NCBI GenBank assembly: GCA_965237715.1
Contig: CBDEGM010000002.1
Coordinates: forward strand, 565,836 to 629,835
Direction of reading: 5' to 3'
From: Acidobacteriota bacterium
GTDB lineage: Bacteria; Acidobacteriota; UBA6911; RPQK01; CBDEGM01
Length of the DNA stretch: 64,000 bases
The notes under the pieces were generated by a model. That model was given only the letters and a program-made list of their open reading frames with translations, ran no database searches and was not told the DNA's origin. Shown piece after piece: positions 62,255 through 64,000 of the stretch; within the stretch, counting starts at the first letter, position 1, and every line of letters starts with the position of its first letter. A program made the translations under genes and the position numbers.

Positions 62255-63244
62255 ATGTCTATAGCACAGATCTTTCCCGGAACTCTCAAGCACTACCGCG
62301 AACTAGTTGGAATGAGTCAAGAGGAACTGGCAGCGGAAGCCAATCTGGATCGGACCTACATCAGCCAACTTGAACGCGGACTCAAGAGCCCGACGCTCAA
62401 TACGCTTGAGAAGCTGTCGACGTGCCTCGGGGTTCAAGCACAGTATTTGCTTCGTGATCCGCGTGGAGGCACCGCACCGCAGTTTCCTGGCAGCTACGTC
62501 GTGCGCGACAAAGACCACATTACCGTCTCTCGCGGCGAAGAGCGTGTGCCACTTCGAGCCGCCTTTCTCACCTCTGCGATCAATGTAGCTCATGAGCTAA
62601 TTGACGACCTGTACGCAACCGACTTGGACATTGCAGCCATTCTGGGCCTGCGTAATCTCAGCGCTTTCATTGGCGAATTGGTTGCCGCAGCCGTGGTCAA
62701 GACGGGGAATGGCCAGCTTGTGGCTAACCCACATCAAGATGGATACCCCGATCTGCTCCTGATGGATGAAATGGGCCGAGCGGAGTTTCGCCGCCTGCGG
62801 GAGCGAATGAACGAGAAAGGCCCCTTCAGCCCATTTGCCGGGGGAGGCATTGAAGTCAAAGCAACATGCGGAAGTGTTCCCACACCCGCGGTCTGCCGTC
62901 GCCGGGGAATTGATCGGCCTGCTATTGGAGATACACGAATCAACTGCATGACGGGGTATGACTGGAAAGCGCACCACCGCGAAACCAACAATCTCGTCGG
63001 CATTATCTGGGACTTCATCGACAGACGCCCACGGATCGTTGCGATGTTCTACTGCGATGACCTTGAAGAATATGCCTGGGGAAACATAGTTCAACCAAGG
63101 ACGGGTGGTGGGAGAACCACGAGCGTTTCGATCATGAGTCGGGCTGGCATCAGGAAGATGTATGCAGGCTGGCTCTGCGTCCTTTCCGGTGAGGCTTATC
63201 GCGAATTCGTGAATCGGCGCAATAGGGGTAACTTGATACCGTAG
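62255..63244 (+). CDS. Controller-type XRE HTH fused to a probable PD-(D/E)xK restriction endonuclease
   Basis: GMSQEELA..NLDRTYISQLERGLKSPTL; DGYPDLLL...GIEVKAT; upstream of a C5 MTase. Confidence 0.8.
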   Translation: MSIAQIFPGTLKHYRELVGMSQEELAAEANLDRTYISQLERGLKSPTLNTLEKLSTCLGVQAQYLLRDPRGGTAPQFPGSYVVRDKDHITVSRGEERVPLRAAFLTSAINVAHELIDDLYATDLDIAAILGLRNLSAFIGELVAAAVVKTGNGQLVANPHQDGYPDLLLMDEMGRAEFRRLRERMNEKGPFSPFAGGGIEVKATCGSVPTPAVCRRRGIDRPAIGDTRINCMTGYDWKAHHRETNNLVGIIWDFIDRRPRIVAMFYCDDLEEYAWGNIVQPRTGGGRTTSVSIMSRAGIRKMYAGWLCVLSGEAYREFVNRRNRGNLIP

Positions 63245-63311
63245 CCAAACTGGAGCGCTACGATTGCCAGATCTCCGTGCGACAATCTGGAGCTGTAGGA
63301 CTACCCCAAAG

Positions 63312-63347
63312 TTGACAACCAACATTAATGAGGACTATAGTCTTCAT
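63312..63347 (+). promoter_or_regulatory. MTase promoter with an overlapping operator palindrome
   Basis: TTGACA 63312-63317, TATAGT 63336-63341 lying inside ATGAGGACTATAGTCTTCAT (63328-63347). Confidence 0.72.
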
Positions 63348-63348
63348 A

Positions 63349-64000
63349 ATGACTAGACCACCGATGACAGCAATCAGTCTTTTCACCTCTGGCGGCATTG
63401 GTGACCTTGCTGTACGGCAGGCGGGCTTCGACATCCTCGTATCAAACGAAAAGCTCGAAGATCGGCATGCAATTTTCGGCTTCAACTTTCCGAAGACAAT
63501 CTCGATCACCGGTGATGTCTGGGAAAAGGTTGACTTGCTGGAGCACGAAACCCGCAGGCAGTTGGGCGAACGCGGCTTGACGCTATTTTACGCGACACCA
63601 CCCTGTCAGGGAATGTCAAAGAACGGTCGTGGTAAACTCCTCGCCGCGATTCGGGCCGGAGAGAAGCCAGACCTCGACGAGCGCAATCGGCTCATCATCC
63701 CGGCTATGGGCTTGGCGCGCCGCCTACGGCCTGAGATCATTCTGTTCGAAAACGTGCCGGAAATGTCGAATACGTTGATCCTGGACGAGCAGGGCTCACC
63801 GATCCAAATCGTCGAGTTTGTGGAGAGGGAGCTGGGGTCTGACTACGTCGGACGTGCCGAGGTCGTTGAGTTCGCGGACTACGGCGTGCCGCAATGTCGG
63901 CAACGACTAATCACCGTTTTCTCTCGCAATCCACGCCTCATTGGCTGGCTCTCGAAGTACGGGACGTTCATGCCGTCCCGAACGCATACATCTGATGGAC
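63349..64000 (+). CDS. DNA (cytosine-5)-methyltransferase, runs off the window (absent from the ORF track)
   Basis: Translated by hand: SLFTSGGIG, ATPPCQGMS, FENV, DYGVPQCRQR. Confidence 0.93.
   Translation, partial: MTRPPMTAISLFTSGGIGDLAVRQAGFDILVSNEKLEDRHAIFGFNFPKTISITGDVWEKVDLLEHETRRQLGERGLTLFYATPPCQGMSKNGRGKLLAAIRAGEKPDLDERNRLIIPAMGLARRLRPEIILFENVPEMSNTLILDEQGSPIQIVEFVERELGSDYVGRAEVVEFADYGVPQCRQRLITVFSRNPRLIGWLSKYGTFMPSRTHTSDG

Larger units (their letters stand above)
42311..64000. mobile_element. Mosaic genomic island downstream of tRNA-Ser (right boundary not seen)
   Basis: Switch from housekeeping genes to recombinase, terminase, repA, IS and RM genes; visibly GC-richer over about 42.4-57.2 kb. 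Confidence 0.8.

Noticed and set aside
42290-64000. attR duplicate of the tRNA-Ser 3' end
   Set aside because: No second copy noticed by eye; the boundary is outside the window or the recombinase uses another site

Overview
The window has two halves. Bases 1-42310 are a housekeeping backbone around the chromosomal origin: dnaA, oriC with DnaA boxes and trios, dnaN, gyrB, gyrA, rpsU, pyk, acs, an acyl-CoA dehydrogenase, pncB, purB/E/D, mtaB, acpS, galU, serS, add and frdABCD, ending at tRNA-Ser(UGA). The host may be an Acidobacteriota-like bacterium (inference only). Inserted in the backbone are a complete IS1595-family transporter element carrying an MTase-HNH fusion, a truncated IS1634 nested in a MITE, and several small palindromic repeat families. 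From about 42311 to the window end is a mosaic genomic island, visibly GC-richer over about 42.4-57.2 kb. It holds (i) a capsid-less module of XRE + ImmA-like switch, ParB-MTase, DUF5681, terminase, DUF2924 and large serine recombinase, with two matching candidate operators; (ii) a truncated plasmid-type repA beside proteins sharing an uncharacterised ~230-aa C-terminal domain, one of them a giant secreted dikinase-like protein with a 48-copy heptamer repeat at its 5' end; (iii) IS5 remnants; and (iv) an HTH-fused restriction endonuclease plus a C5 methyltransferase with three matching operator palindromes. Many single-base frameshifts in ordinary genes suggest long-read indel errors, so pseudogene calls are tentative. 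No database searches were run; all family assignments come from motif recognition.
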